Shown here: positions 44,666-54,173 of the stretch, in pieces
Layout: every line of letters starts with the position of its first letter
Numbering within the stretch: position 1 is the first letter of the stretch
DNA from: an uncultured Candidatus Poseidoniales archaeon
GTDB lineage: Archaea > Thermoplasmatota > Poseidoniia > Poseidoniales > Poseidoniaceae
NCBI GenBank assembly: GCA_905181715.1
Contig: CAJIYT010000022.1
Coordinates: 26,466 to 90,465 of the forward strand
Length of the DNA: 64,000 nucleotides
Direction of reading: 5' to 3'
The notes under the pieces: generated by a model
Database searches by the model: none
Told to the model about the DNA's origin: nothing
The model's input: only the letters and a program-made list of their open reading frames with translations
Made by a program: the position numbers and the translations under genes

Positions 44666-47647
44666 ATGCGACGTAGTGGATGGGCTGTACCCCTCTTCGC
44701 TTTCTTAGTACTAATTCTGCCTTCCTTTTCTACATTGCAGGATTCTGGAATTATTCTTCATTCCGGCTCCGAGGATGACCCATGGGAGTACATTCACAGC
44801 CTAGATAGCGGCGCAGATGATCATGGTTACGGCATTGCTGTTGATTCATCAGGCAATACCTATGTCACCGGTTCATTCAGCGGTGAAAATATAACTTTTG
44901 GCGCTACAACCTTGACCAATACATTAGTTGGAACCTCGGATGTATTCATTGCAAAATTAAGTGAATCTGGTCTCTGGTCATGGGCACTTTCAGCGGGAGG
45001 AATCTCCAATGACTGGGGTGCTGACCTCACAGTAGCAACAACTGGCGAAATATATGTCACAGGAGCATTTACAACAACACCTGATGATATTAATGAAGAC
45101 GGAAGATCTGCTTCTTTTGGCCCAGATGAACTTATTGGCGCTGGTGAAGCCGATATATTCGTGGTTAAAATTAGCAATAGTGGCACATGGGAATGGGCAC
45201 TTGCAGCAGGAGGTGAGGGGGAAGATATTGCTTCAGGCATAACTCTGGATGATACTAATCTACCATACATCAGTGGAAGTTTTACCGGCACATGGGCCGA
45301 TTTTGATGGCACAAATCTCAGCGGTGATAATGGCATAGATCACGATTTATTCGTAGCTCGCCTGACACCAACCGGATTCTGGGTTTGGGCTTTAGAAGCA
45401 ACTGGTGACGGTGATCAGGTTGGACAATCCATAGCTATTGATTCGTCGGGTAATGCCTATGTCACTGGCTTTATCGAAGGTAATTCAACATTTGATTCAA
45501 CTCTAACTCAATGTAAAGGAAAGGATGTATTCATTGCCAAAGTGAATAATGGTGGAACTTGGGGCTGGGTCGAACATATCGAAGGAGATGGCGATGATTA
45601 TGGCAGAGGGTTAGCAATCGATTCTGAAGATGGAATTCATATCACAGGCCAACATTCTAACTACTCTCAATTTGGAATGGTCAATCTCACAGCAGGGTTT
45701 GGCCCAGAGGTTTTCGTCGCCAAAATCAGTAACACTGGTACTTGGCAATGGGCAGTCACAAGCATTAGTTCTAGCCTATCACTCGAAGGTGAAGAGGGTA
45801 ATGAGGCTAAGGCTATCGGTATCGATGCAAGTGGAGATCTCCACATCACTGGAACATTCCAAGCACAGATGACTCTCGGAACAATGGACCTGATTAGCAA
45901 AGGTCATGATGATGTGTTTATTGCTAAACTCAATGACCGTGGCTCGTGGTTGAGTTCGAGCACAGCAGGTGGATTATCAAATGAAAGTGCTAACGACATC
46001 GCAGTGGATAGCAGCGGAGTTGCCCGGATAATTGGTGATATCGATCTCTCAATAGAATCTGCTGATTTCGGCCAGTTCTCAATTAGCCCCTCTGGATCTT
46101 CCTCCGATATTTTTCTCACAAGCACCTGGGCCGATACCGATGAGGATGGTATTCGCAATTCATTTGATGATTGCCCAACCGTCCCGGGTACTTCGGATAA
46201 AGGAGGCATCGATGGCTGCCCAGATGTCGATGGTGACGGATGGGATGATGATAGCGATGAATTCAAATTCGATTCAAGTCAATGGAATGACTCCGATGAT
46301 GATGGTTATGGAGATAATTGGGCAGACTCTCTACTCAATGATTCACGGACTAATGGTACTGGTCAATGGGTAGAAAATGCCAGCAATGTCGACCATTGCC
46401 CCGAATATGGTGGAACATCTACCATAGATAGACTTGGATGCTTAGATACTGATGGTGATGGTGTGAGTGACCCTGATGCTGATTGGAATGTAACCGATGG
46501 TGCTGATGCTTTTGCGAACGATTCAAATCACAGTTCCGATTTAGACTTAGATGGAATACCAGATGGGCTCGATGAGTGCCCTTCTATAGCAGGAAATTCA
46601 ACTGGTGGCTGTCTCGATTCCGACGGCGATAGTATCCCGGATTCACTTGATGATTTTCCGCTTAATGCCAGTGAATGGAGCGATAGTGATAACGACGGTT
46701 ACGGTGATAATTCCGATGCTTATCCTGAAAATAGCGCTGAATGGGCTGATACCGATGGAGATGGTTTTGGAGATAATATCGACTCTTTCCCAACTAATTC
46801 TACCGAATGGAGCGATAAGGATCTTGATGGTGTTGGCGATAATGCCGATGCATTCCCCACCAACAGTTCAGAATGGATGGATAGCGATGCTGATGGCTTT
46901 GGTGACAATGCCGATGCTTTTCCCTTTGACATGGAGGAATGGTCCGACCTAGACATGGATGGAATCGGCGATAATGGTGATGAATTCCCATTGAGTAATC
47001 TTGGCGACTTGGGTGGTGATGTTGGTGATGTCAATCCGAATGCTACCGAAAATGAAACCGCTAATGAGGATGAAAAAGAGAGCTTTATTGATAAAATAGA
47101 TGAGCAACTGAAAACTGATGAAGGGATGATTACGGTTATTTTGATTATTGGCTTATTGATTTCATTTGTAGTAATCGTCAAAGTCCGTGGTAATTTCTTC
47201 AAGCAATCCATGCGCTATATTGCCGAAACTAATACACGCGCAGAACTCCGTGAAGCAAAAGGCATGGTCAAGAAAGGTCTCGCATTAGAGAAAATCGATC
47301 GCGAGAAGTACATTATCCTTACAAAAGCGATTCAAATTCGTAAGAAACTGATGAGTGGTAGACGTGCAAGGGCTAGTGGAGCCGCTGAATTAATACATAC
47401 AATCAGTCGTAAAAGCGGGGCATATCACCCAGTTGATGAAGCTGTACACTCCGGGTGGGAATCTCGATTCGCCAAGGCAGTTAGAGATGATTCCTATGAA
47501 GTAGATGAGAAGGGAAGCACCTGGTGGAAAGATGGCAAAGGTAACTGGTGGTTCCGACAATCCGGGCGTAGTGATTGGATTCGATCATCGAGGAACCGCT
47601 TCTTTGGGACGACTTCCAGATTCAAATCAGCACTACGACGAAGGTGA
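44666..47647 (+). CDS. Giant exported surface protein: SBBP-type beta-propeller repeats plus thrombospondin type-3-like Ca-binding repeats, TM anchor and basic cytoplasmic tail
   Basis: Signal peptide; repeated YVTGSF/YVTGAF/YISGSF propeller blades; more than 10 DxDxDGxGDxxD repeats; TM helix VILIIGLLISFVVIV followed by a K/R-rich tail. Confidence 0.6.
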   Translation: MRRSGWAVPLFAFLVLILPSFSTLQDSGIILHSGSEDDPWEYIHSLDSGADDHGYGIAVDSSGNTYVTGSFSGENITFGATTLTNTLVGTSDVFIAKLSESGLWSWALSAGGISNDWGADLTVATTGEIYVTGAFTTTPDDINEDGRSASFGPDELIGAGEADIFVVKISNSGTWEWALAAGGEGEDIASGITLDDTNLPYISGSFTGTWADFDGTNLSGDNGIDHDLFVARLTPTGFWVWALEATGDGDQVGQSIAIDSSGNAYVTGFIEGNSTFDSTLTQCKGKDVFIAKVNNGGTWGWVEHIEGDGDDYGRGLAIDSEDGIHITGQHSNYSQFGMVNLTAGFGPEVFVAKISNTGTWQWAVTSISSSLSLEGEEGNEAKAIGIDASGDLHITGTFQAQMTLGTMDLISKGHDDVFIAKLNDRGSWLSSSTAGGLSNESANDIAVDSSGVARIIGDIDLSIESADFGQFSISPSGSSSDIFLTSTWADTDEDGIRNSFDDCPTVPGTSDKGGIDGCPDVDGDGWDDDSDEFKFDSSQWNDSDDDGYGDNWADSLLNDSRTNGTGQWVENASNVDHCPEYGGTSTIDRLGCLDTDGDGVSDPDADWNVTDGADAFANDSNHSSDLDLDGIPDGLDECPSIAGNSTGGCLDSDGDSIPDSLDDFPLNASEWSDSDNDGYGDNSDAYPENSAEWADTDGDGFGDNIDSFPTNSTEWSDKDLDGVGDNADAFPTNSSEWMDSDADGFGDNADAFPFDMEEWSDLDMDGIGDNGDEFPLSNLGDLGGDVGDVNPNATENETANEDEKESFIDKIDEQLKTDEGMITVILIIGLLISFVVIVKVRGNFFKQSMRYIAETNTRAELREAKGMVKKGLALEKIDREKYIILTKAIQIRKKLMSGRRARASGAAELIHTISRKSGAYHPVDEAVHSGWESRFAKAVRDDSYEVDEKGSTWWKDGKGNWWFRQSGRSDWIRSSRNRFFGTTSRFKSALRRR
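46140..47040 (+). repeat. Imperfect ~66-nt periodic repeats encoding thrombospondin type-3-like Ca-binding motifs
   Basis: Recurrent gat(agt/acc)gatgg(t/a)gatgg(t/c)t(t/a)tgg(a/t)gataat... units. Confidence 0.6.
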
Positions 47648-47670
47648 TTTTTGCAATTGATATCGCCCGT

Positions 47671-48891
47671 ATGTTCAATAACGGTAGGCAGGAACGTGAC
47701 TCTGATATGGCAGACTATCTCGACAGAATCGGTTCCGGGCTCGTTCTCACACGACCTGAGGTTTTTGGCTTTGATTACATTCCTGATGAAATAGTTGGGC
47801 GGGAAGATGAAAAACGTGAATTAGCAAGTATGTTCATTGGTTTGGCTCACCGCGAAGGTACGGCAAGAGCGGTTGTTACTGGCCCAGTTGGTAGCGGTAA
47901 AACCGCGTTGGTCAAAACTTTCTGTCGTGACATCATTAGACACCTCGTAGGCAAAAGAGATGTCATGTCGGTTCATATCAACTGTAGAAATGCCAATACT
48001 GCAACTAGGGTAGTTCAACGAATCATCCAGCATATGGATAAAGGTCATCCCCATCGTGGTTTGGCTGCTGATGAATTACTATCGAGTATTAGACGCCTGA
48101 TTCAAAGTTCTAATCGACATATGATTCTAGTCCTTGATGAAGTCGATCATCTGCTACGCCATTCCGGAGATGACCTGCTCTACAAATTATTGCGTTTAGA
48201 CGAGGATCAAGACAGTATTGGTACCCTCTCACTAATAATGATCAGCCAGGAACAGGTTCTTGATTTACTAGAAAGTGCTGTAATCTCACGTATGGGGCAC
48301 TCCAGTCATCTTAGACTTTCATCCTATTCTGAATCTGGTTTACTCAAGATTGCTCAACAACGCTGTGAATTAGGATTGACAAATGGTTCTTGTTCAGAAG
48401 AAATACTAGGTTTAGTCTCTCAATCAGCAGCTGCTACGGGTGATGCTCGTAGAGTGATGGAGTTACTCGAAGGAGCGGCAAAGCGCGCTGAATCTTCTGG
48501 CCGTGGCGAGATCTTGCCGAAAGATGTACAAAAAACAGTTCTTACTCTACCGACCAATGTTGACTCTGATAATATTATCGAACTTCCTTCCGACTGTATG
48601 CTCATTCTAATGGGAATCAGTCGACGGCTCAGAAGAAGCGAAAGTTTGACCAGTGGCGAGGCTGAAAATCTCTATCATGTGGTCTGTGAAGAGTATGACC
48701 AGAAGCCCAAAGGTCATACTACAGTTTGGAAGCATATCAAGCATATGGCCGACCTCGACATCATTGCCACAAAGTACGATAATGTCAGTGGCGGCAGGGG
48801 TCGAACCCTGCACATCTCGATGCCGCACATGCTTCCTTCTGATGTTCAAAGACGGGTTGAGACCTTCATTAAGAAGAGACTGCGCCGCTGA
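47671..48891 (+). CDS. orc1: Orc1/Cdc6 replication initiator
   Basis: Walker A GPVGSGKT, Walker B LVLDEVDHL, sensor regions and a C-terminal winged helix. Start could be 47671 (MFNNG) or 47707 (MADYL). Confidence 0.85.
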   Translation: MFNNGRQERDSDMADYLDRIGSGLVLTRPEVFGFDYIPDEIVGREDEKRELASMFIGLAHREGTARAVVTGPVGSGKTALVKTFCRDIIRHLVGKRDVMSVHINCRNANTATRVVQRIIQHMDKGHPHRGLAADELLSSIRRLIQSSNRHMILVLDEVDHLLRHSGDDLLYKLLRLDEDQDSIGTLSLIMISQEQVLDLLESAVISRMGHSSHLRLSSYSESGLLKIAQQRCELGLTNGSCSEEILGLVSQSAAATGDARRVMELLEGAAKRAESSGRGEILPKDVQKTVLTLPTNVDSDNIIELPSDCMLILMGISRRLRRSESLTSGEAENLYHVVCEEYDQKPKGHTTVWKHIKHMADLDIIATKYDNVSGGRGRTLHISMPHMLPSDVQRRVETFIKKRLRR

Positions 48892-48962
48892 AGCGTGAGA
48901 GTGGCGCCCCGATGGGGCTATATACACGGCCTATCTCGCCAACTCGTTCAAGAGTTGATTAT

Positions 48963-49445
48963 ATGGCAGAAGATTCAGGTTTTATCGCAGTGGTTAACGA
49001 CACTGACCCCGCCAATAATGGCGCTTCATACAATATGTCCATTAGTGGCAATAACCAATCTCAATTCCTTGGTAAGAAAATCGGAGACATTGTCGACGGA
49101 ATATTTGTCGGCGATGGTGAAACAATCCTATCAGGTTACAAGTTACAGATTACCGGTGGCTCTGACAAGACTGGAACACCTATGCGAAGTGATATCGATG
49201 GCGGAGTCAGGAAACCAGTTCTCGTCACGCAGTCAGTAGGCTACAAAGGTCATGATTTAGTCCTGAAAACCAAGAAAGGTGAGAAGAAGCGTTTCCGCTA
49301 CAAGCCAGCTGGTATGAGAAAACGCCGTAATTTCCGCGGCAACACCGTCACCCAATACACCCGTCAAATCAACCTAAAGGTTGTAGAGGCAGGAAATAAG
49401 TCGCTAAGCGATATCCTGACCGCAAATGGGGAGAGCACTGAGTGA
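48963..49445 (+). CDS. rps6e: 30S ribosomal protein S6e
   Basis: ITGGSDKTGTPMR and KKRFRYKPAGMRKRR regions characteristic of S6e; start trimmed to MAEDSGF. Confidence 0.7.
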   Translation: MAEDSGFIAVVNDTDPANNGASYNMSISGNNQSQFLGKKIGDIVDGIFVGDGETILSGYKLQITGGSDKTGTPMRSDIDGGVRKPVLVTQSVGYKGHDLVLKTKKGEKKRFRYKPAGMRKRRNFRGNTVTQYTRQINLKVVEAGNKSLSDILTANGESTE

Positions 49446-49488
49446 AGCCGAGAGGCTGTTTGCTCGAAGTGTATGGAGACTAGGAGGC

Positions 49489-50727
49489 ATGTCAATGAAG
49501 CTTCCAGCCCAACCCGTAATCAACATCGGTTTAGTTGGTCATGTAGATCACGGAAAAACCACTCTTACTCAAGCGCTTTCAGGGGTTTGGACCGACACTC
49601 ATTCCGAAGAACGCAAGCGTGGAATCTCGATTAAACTAGGTTACGCAGACACCGCATTTTACAAAACACCTGATGGCGATTATTATCCCTCAGGCCGACG
49701 ACCTGATGGCAGTGCTGATGTCGAGAAGGAATTACAACGAGTAATATCATTCGTAGATGCGCCAGGTCACGAGACTTTGATGGCGATAATGATTACTGGT
49801 GCTTCGATTATGGATGGAGCATTGTTAATGGTCGCAGCCAATGAGACATGCCCGCAGCCACAAACCAATGAACATCTAATGGCTCTTGAGATTGCAGGAA
49901 TCAAGAAGATAGTGGTAGTCCAAAATAAGATTGACTTAGTCACTAGTGAGAAAGCGATGGAATCATATAACCAAATTAAACAATTCCTCAAAGGAACAAT
50001 TGCTGAGAATGCGCCTATTATCCCTGTTTCTGCCCATCATGACGTTAATCTCGATATCTTGATACACGCAATTGAAACCGTGATTACAACTCCAGAGAGG
50101 GACCCTGATGAGAGATCTGTAATGCATGTAGCTCGTTCATTCGACATCAACAGACCAGGTACAAGACCTGCCAAATTAAAGGGCGGTGTAATCGGTGGAA
50201 GCATCGTTCAAGGTAACTTTGCGATAGGTGACGAAATCGTCATTGGACCAGGTAAGAAAATCGGCGAGGGGAAGAAAGTCCATTATGAGCCAATTACCTC
50301 TGTCATCTCAAGTATGAAAGGTGGCGGCCTGGATTTGAAAAATATGCATGCAGGTGGCCTTTGCGGTATTGCCACACCACTCGATCCTTCTATCACCACA
50401 GCCGATAACCTCAGCGGACAAGTGATTTCAAAAGTGGGAGAACTTCCTGAGATATTGAGTGAGGTTTCAATTGACATCACCTTGATGGATAAAATGGTAT
50501 CATCAGAGGGAGAAAAACCCGAAACTGTGATGCCGCTAAGAAATAACGAGATGTTGATGCTAAACGTTGCAACAGCAACAAGTGTTGGCGTTGTAGCGAA
50601 TACTCAAGGCGGTAAGGCAAAACTCAATCTCAGATTACCAATATGTGCCGATAAGGGCCAACGCATCTCTCTATCAAGGCGAGTAGGTGCCAGATGGCGA
50701 CTTATCGGCTACGGCACTATCGAGTGA
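49489..50727 (+). CDS. eif2g: Translation initiation factor 2 subunit gamma (aIF2-gamma)
   Basis: INIGLVGHVDHGKTTL G1 motif, DAPGHE, NKID, zinc-knuckle Cys; TAGGAGG SD immediately upstream of the ATG at 49489. Confidence 0.9.
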   Translation: MSMKLPAQPVINIGLVGHVDHGKTTLTQALSGVWTDTHSEERKRGISIKLGYADTAFYKTPDGDYYPSGRRPDGSADVEKELQRVISFVDAPGHETLMAIMITGASIMDGALLMVAANETCPQPQTNEHLMALEIAGIKKIVVVQNKIDLVTSEKAMESYNQIKQFLKGTIAENAPIIPVSAHHDVNLDILIHAIETVITTPERDPDERSVMHVARSFDINRPGTRPAKLKGGVIGGSIVQGNFAIGDEIVIGPGKKIGEGKKVHYEPITSVISSMKGGGLDLKNMHAGGLCGIATPLDPSITTADNLSGQVISKVGELPEILSEVSIDITLMDKMVSSEGEKPETVMPLRNNEMLMLNVATATSVGVVANTQGGKAKLNLRLPICADKGQRISLSRRVGARWRLIGYGTIE

Positions 50728-50731
50728 TAAT

Positions 50732-51103
50732 ATGCAACGAGTCTTAATCGATGCCTGCGGATGGGTCGCTGTCGTCGAAGCCGGCATCAATATCGATATA
50801 GCGCTTGCAGAGTTGATTGGGCCTGCTGAAATCTGTGTTTTACCTGCGGTAAAAAAGGAGATTGAAACCATCTCTAAAAACGGAGGCAATTCTATGCTCC
50901 TACCCCTCCTTAATGCTAAACAAACCATTGTCGAAGCTGATGCAGAGAGTGGAGATCACCCCGATGATCAATTATTCGATCTGAGTCTCAAGAATAAATG
51001 GAGAATACTGACTATCGATAGATATCTCAAACACAGGCTCGCTGACGCTGGTTTATCGTGGATTGAAGTTCAAGGACGTAAGCGTTTAGTTTTACTAGAC
51101 TAA
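50732..51103 (+). CDS. PIN-domain protein, the conserved archaeal partner downstream of aIF2-gamma
   Basis: VLIDACGWVAVVEAG... with acidic residues consistent with PIN; gene context rps6e-eif2g-PIN is widely conserved in archaea. Confidence 0.5.
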   Translation: MQRVLIDACGWVAVVEAGINIDIALAELIGPAEICVLPAVKKEIETISKNGGNSMLLPLLNAKQTIVEADAESGDHPDDQLFDLSLKNKWRILTIDRYLKHRLADAGLSWIEVQGRKRLVLLD

Positions 51104-51399
51104 GGCAAAGTGAACAATTCATCATCACCATGGCCATCTAGTAGCCCCAATTTCACTGCAGCATCAATCCAAGCATGTGCGTAATTTATCGCTCCGAATG
51201 CACGTACAAAGTCACCATTATCCTTGAAAAAAATGGCATCTGACGAATAATCATCGGCCATTCTCATCAGGATAGACAATTGCTTTGACTCCTCGCTTCC
51301 CGCCCCGTGTATAGGTGTGGCTTTCGCTCTAGCCTTGCTAGTCAAAGCCAAATAATGATCTAGTTTCTCTTGACTGATCTCTTTTGAATCTACTGTCAT
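51100..51399 (-). CDS. Small conserved hypothetical protein (DUF357-like?), third gene of the 54073->51100 operon
   Basis: 99 aa; ATGA start/stop overlap with the upstream gene; C-terminal AINYAHAWIDAAVKLGLLDG. Confidence 0.35.
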   Translation of the reverse strand: MTVDSKEISQEKLDHYLALTSKARAKATPIHGAGSEESKQLSILMRMADDYSSDAIFFKDNGDFVRAFGAINYAHAWIDAAVKLGLLDGHGDDELFTLP

Positions 51400-52442
51400 G
51401 TGTCCTCACGCTCTCGTGTCAATAAGCGCTTGACGTCCTCGGTTCTTCCGAGAGTTTGATAGAGGGTTATCGCCAATGAAACTCTCCCTTCTTCCTCAGC
51501 TGTGCGCGCACGCTGGAAAATACGCCTACGTTCATCCCAATCACTCGCTACCTTTGCATCTGCAACCATCTTTTGGATTAATGAATGCTTGAGTGCAGCA
51601 AGATGAGGAGCATTCCAATATCTAAGCAGTCCTTGACGGTTGGCTGTGACCATTGTATCGGGTCCAAGGCCGACTAATAGATGCCCGAGATCTTTTCCTA
51701 ATACAGTGGTTTCCAATTTATCAGGGGTATCTATCCCACTGATATTAGTCATCACACCATCTATTCCCAACAACCACCAACCGTCGCCTCCCCTGATAGC
51801 AGACATCGGCTCTATAGAGGCGTCCTGGATTTTCTCAAGGGAATCCCAACCAAATGGATGAGGTATTCCTTCCCATAGAGATCCATCACTTGACTGTAAA
51901 AGACAACGCCCATCGAACATTCGGCTAACCCAGCTCCAAATCCTCTCTTCCAATACCCTTTGAGAATCTTGTTTTGCTAATCTGGCGCATCGCAGGCGGC
52001 CACCATCATCTTGCCAAAGCAGATGTTCACGGTCGAACCAACCCAATAAACGACGAACTTTTCCGCTAGCTAAACGCCTTAATCCTCTACCTTCTTCGTT
52101 GAACAGATGTAGATTACCCTCACGGCAGGAAAGTATCCAGCCACCTCCAGGGCGTGCCAAAATATCACTGAACCCTCCCCTTGTGCTCCTTCCTTCGGTA
52201 ACTCGCGTGCCATCACTTGAATTTATCACAAAGAAACCATGGCCGCATAATACACCGATTTTACCTGATTGAAATGCCGCTGAATGGATTAAGAACGGCA
52301 TCTCTTGGCGCCAACGTAAATTTGCATCTAAATCCAGTAATTGCAATTCAAGACCAGAGCAAACCACCAAATCATTTCCGGCAGCGACGAGATAGGACAA
52401 TTTGTCCTCTGCTTGCCATGAGTGTGTGACGCTCCAACTCAT
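51396..52442 (-). CDS. Beta-propeller repeat protein (PQQ/WD-like blades) with C-terminal helical tail
   Basis: Six to seven repeats of the hydrophobic-xx-DG/GG-x-hydrophobic pattern (GKIGVLCGHGFFVINSSDG, GGWILSCREGNLHLF, LLWQDDGGRL, CLLQSSDGSLW, GWWLLGIDGV...). ATGA overlaps at both ends. Confidence 0.4.
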   Translation of the reverse strand: MSWSVTHSWQAEDKLSYLVAAGNDLVVCSGLELQLLDLDANLRWRQEMPFLIHSAAFQSGKIGVLCGHGFFVINSSDGTRVTEGRSTRGGFSDILARPGGGWILSCREGNLHLFNEEGRGLRRLASGKVRRLLGWFDREHLLWQDDGGRLRCARLAKQDSQRVLEERIWSWVSRMFDGRCLLQSSDGSLWEGIPHPFGWDSLEKIQDASIEPMSAIRGGDGWWLLGIDGVMTNISGIDTPDKLETTVLGKDLGHLLVGLGPDTMVTANRQGLLRYWNAPHLAALKHSLIQKMVADAKVASDWDERRRIFQRARTAEEEGRVSLAITLYQTLGRTEDVKRLLTREREDT

Positions 52443-54073
52443 TGACTCACCTCCAGCATGCCCCAAGCAATTAATTGGGCTCTAGCGTCATTAGTAAGTG
52501 AGAACTTCCTTGAACGGCCCTCCTGGCGAACTTCGAGAAGTCCTGCCCTCTGCAAGTGGTTACAGATTTGAGATAGGCGTGGTCTTTTAACACCTAGGCG
52601 ATCCTGCAATCTTGAATCTGATGGCGAAAAACTTCTCTCTGAAGCCACTTCAACCACAATTGATTCGACCTTTGAAAGATTACGCAGGGTATTGACGTCT
52701 AGTGGAAAACTGATTCTTTCGCCTATAACCGGTTGGCGGAGTGCGGATAACATCTCAGAAAGACGTGCCTTTGAGGCTCTGCTCATCAAATGGAGCATCT
52801 CTTGGAGCAAACCACCGTCATCTGAATATTGATGCTCAGAGGGCCCTTCCTCGTGTATTTCAGATGGAGCGATGAATGGTTCGTCCGCAGTGATATCTTC
52901 ATCTGGAGTGAAATTTTGATCTAACACATCTTCATGGATAGTCTGTTCGATTAGATCTGCTCCTTTGGCCATCCACAACTGAGTACCATCCTCACCATCA
53001 CTCCTTCTTGCATCGCCCTTGGATGGATCTGGCGTTTTATTCTGAGTGACCCTCTTGCTCAGGTTGTTGCGATTGCGCCCTATTAGCCCTGAAAAGGGAC
53101 TCTTTCCTGCCGCTGGAGGCGCTAATACAGGTGGTGGGATTGACATCGGCTCCTGAGCCATCAGTTCCATATCCAATTCGAAATCTGGTATATTTTCTGA
53201 AATCTCATCTACTTGATCCTCGACACTAGGTACCTCTGCAACCACCTCCTCCTGCTCAATAACGGGCTCCTGCGGCAATTTCCTTGGTCTTGAACGCTCT
53301 TCGTCAACCATATCTCTAAGAATGCGAATCACTCTACCAACCTGGCCATTGGTCTTATGCATGACATAAGCAAGCGCCTCAGGGTTCATTTCCCATGATT
53401 CTCTCGAGACTGATTCGATCCTCTTTTGCGCTAATACAGCGATTTCATCCTCGCTTAGTGTCGATATTTTCTCCACGTGATCAAACCTCTCAACTAATCC
53501 TTCAGGCCATTCGAGACGCTGATCTGTAGTAAGTGTGACAACAACCAACGCCTGCATCCTTTCCAGGGCTGAAATCAACCTAGAGATGACCTCGGAGAGT
53601 CCTTTACCATCCGCACTGGAGAAATCAAGAGCTATCAGCGGTATTGGTCCTTCGCTATAAGTGGTCGATTCGACAAGACGGTGGACGATTTGTTGCCTAC
53701 TCGATGGAATGTCGAATCCGACCAATGCAGCATACATCTCATCGAGTATACAACGGGTGTGATCAGCCTCTGGATACATGTCGATATGGACTACTTGTTC
53801 GACTTCTTCGGAAAGACAGCGTAACAAGGAGGTCCTGCCGCTGCCCCTTTCCCCAATTAATAGCGAAAAACGGGCAGCACGCTGATGAAGAAATCTGGCC
53901 CATCTCGCAGATATTACATCCCGGCCCACGAGTAATTGAGACTGCCCAGACTCGAGAGGTCTAGCTTGGAATGGATTCTCCTTGAGTAGAGGCAGTCCAA
54001 GTGTGGGCCTCTCTTCAACCATAACCAACAGCAGTTTAACAGAGGTATATGATGTTTCACTGATTTGCAGCAT
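52439..54073 (-). CDS. Arch_ATPase/ORC-like P-loop protein with degenerate Walker A (GERGSGRTS), long acidic linker and C-terminal winged HTH
   Basis: LVGRDVISARWARFL...FSLLIGERGSGRTSLLRCL, a Walker-B-like PLIALDFS, and a C-terminal wHTH (LSQICNHLQRAGLLEVRQEGRSRKFSL). Confidence 0.5.
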   Translation of the reverse strand: MLQISETSYTSVKLLLVMVEERPTLGLPLLKENPFQARPLESGQSQLLVGRDVISARWARFLHQRAARFSLLIGERGSGRTSLLRCLSEEVEQVVHIDMYPEADHTRCILDEMYAALVGFDIPSSRQQIVHRLVESTTYSEGPIPLIALDFSSADGKGLSEVISRLISALERMQALVVVTLTTDQRLEWPEGLVERFDHVEKISTLSEDEIAVLAQKRIESVSRESWEMNPEALAYVMHKTNGQVGRVIRILRDMVDEERSRPRKLPQEPVIEQEEVVAEVPSVEDQVDEISENIPDFELDMELMAQEPMSIPPPVLAPPAAGKSPFSGLIGRNRNNLSKRVTQNKTPDPSKGDARRSDGEDGTQLWMAKGADLIEQTIHEDVLDQNFTPDEDITADEPFIAPSEIHEEGPSEHQYSDDGGLLQEMLHLMSRASKARLSEMLSALRQPVIGERISFPLDVNTLRNLSKVESIVVEVASERSFSPSDSRLQDRLGVKRPRLSQICNHLQRAGLLEVRQEGRSRKFSLTNDARAQLIAWGMLEVSQ

Positions 54074-54144
54074 AACTGGTCAGCGTTAGGACATGTTAAT
54101 CACAATACCATGAGGATTATTATGCACAAAATAACGGGCTGTTG

Positions 54145-54173
54145 ACGCGTGGTCGACGCGTTAGTTAACGCGT
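54145..54173. promoter_or_regulatory. Array of three ACGCGT palindromes about one helical turn apart, including the perfect inverted repeat ACGCGTTA-gt-TAACGCGT; candidate operator in a divergent promoter
   Basis: ACGCGT at 54145, 54156 and 54168; GTCGAC at 54152; GTTAAC at 54164; located between the divergent genes 52439..54073(-) and hmgA(+). Confidence 0.4.

Noticed and set aside
46140-47040. Periodic DNA repeats that might suggest a CRISPR array or satellite
   Set aside because: The repeats are imperfect, in frame and encode DxDxDG calcium-binding loops of a surface protein; no spacer-repeat architecture and no cas genes.
47648-47706. Possible replication origin next to orc1
   Set aside because: The region is under 60 nt and neither AT-rich nor repeat-containing; no ORB elements seen on either flank of orc1.
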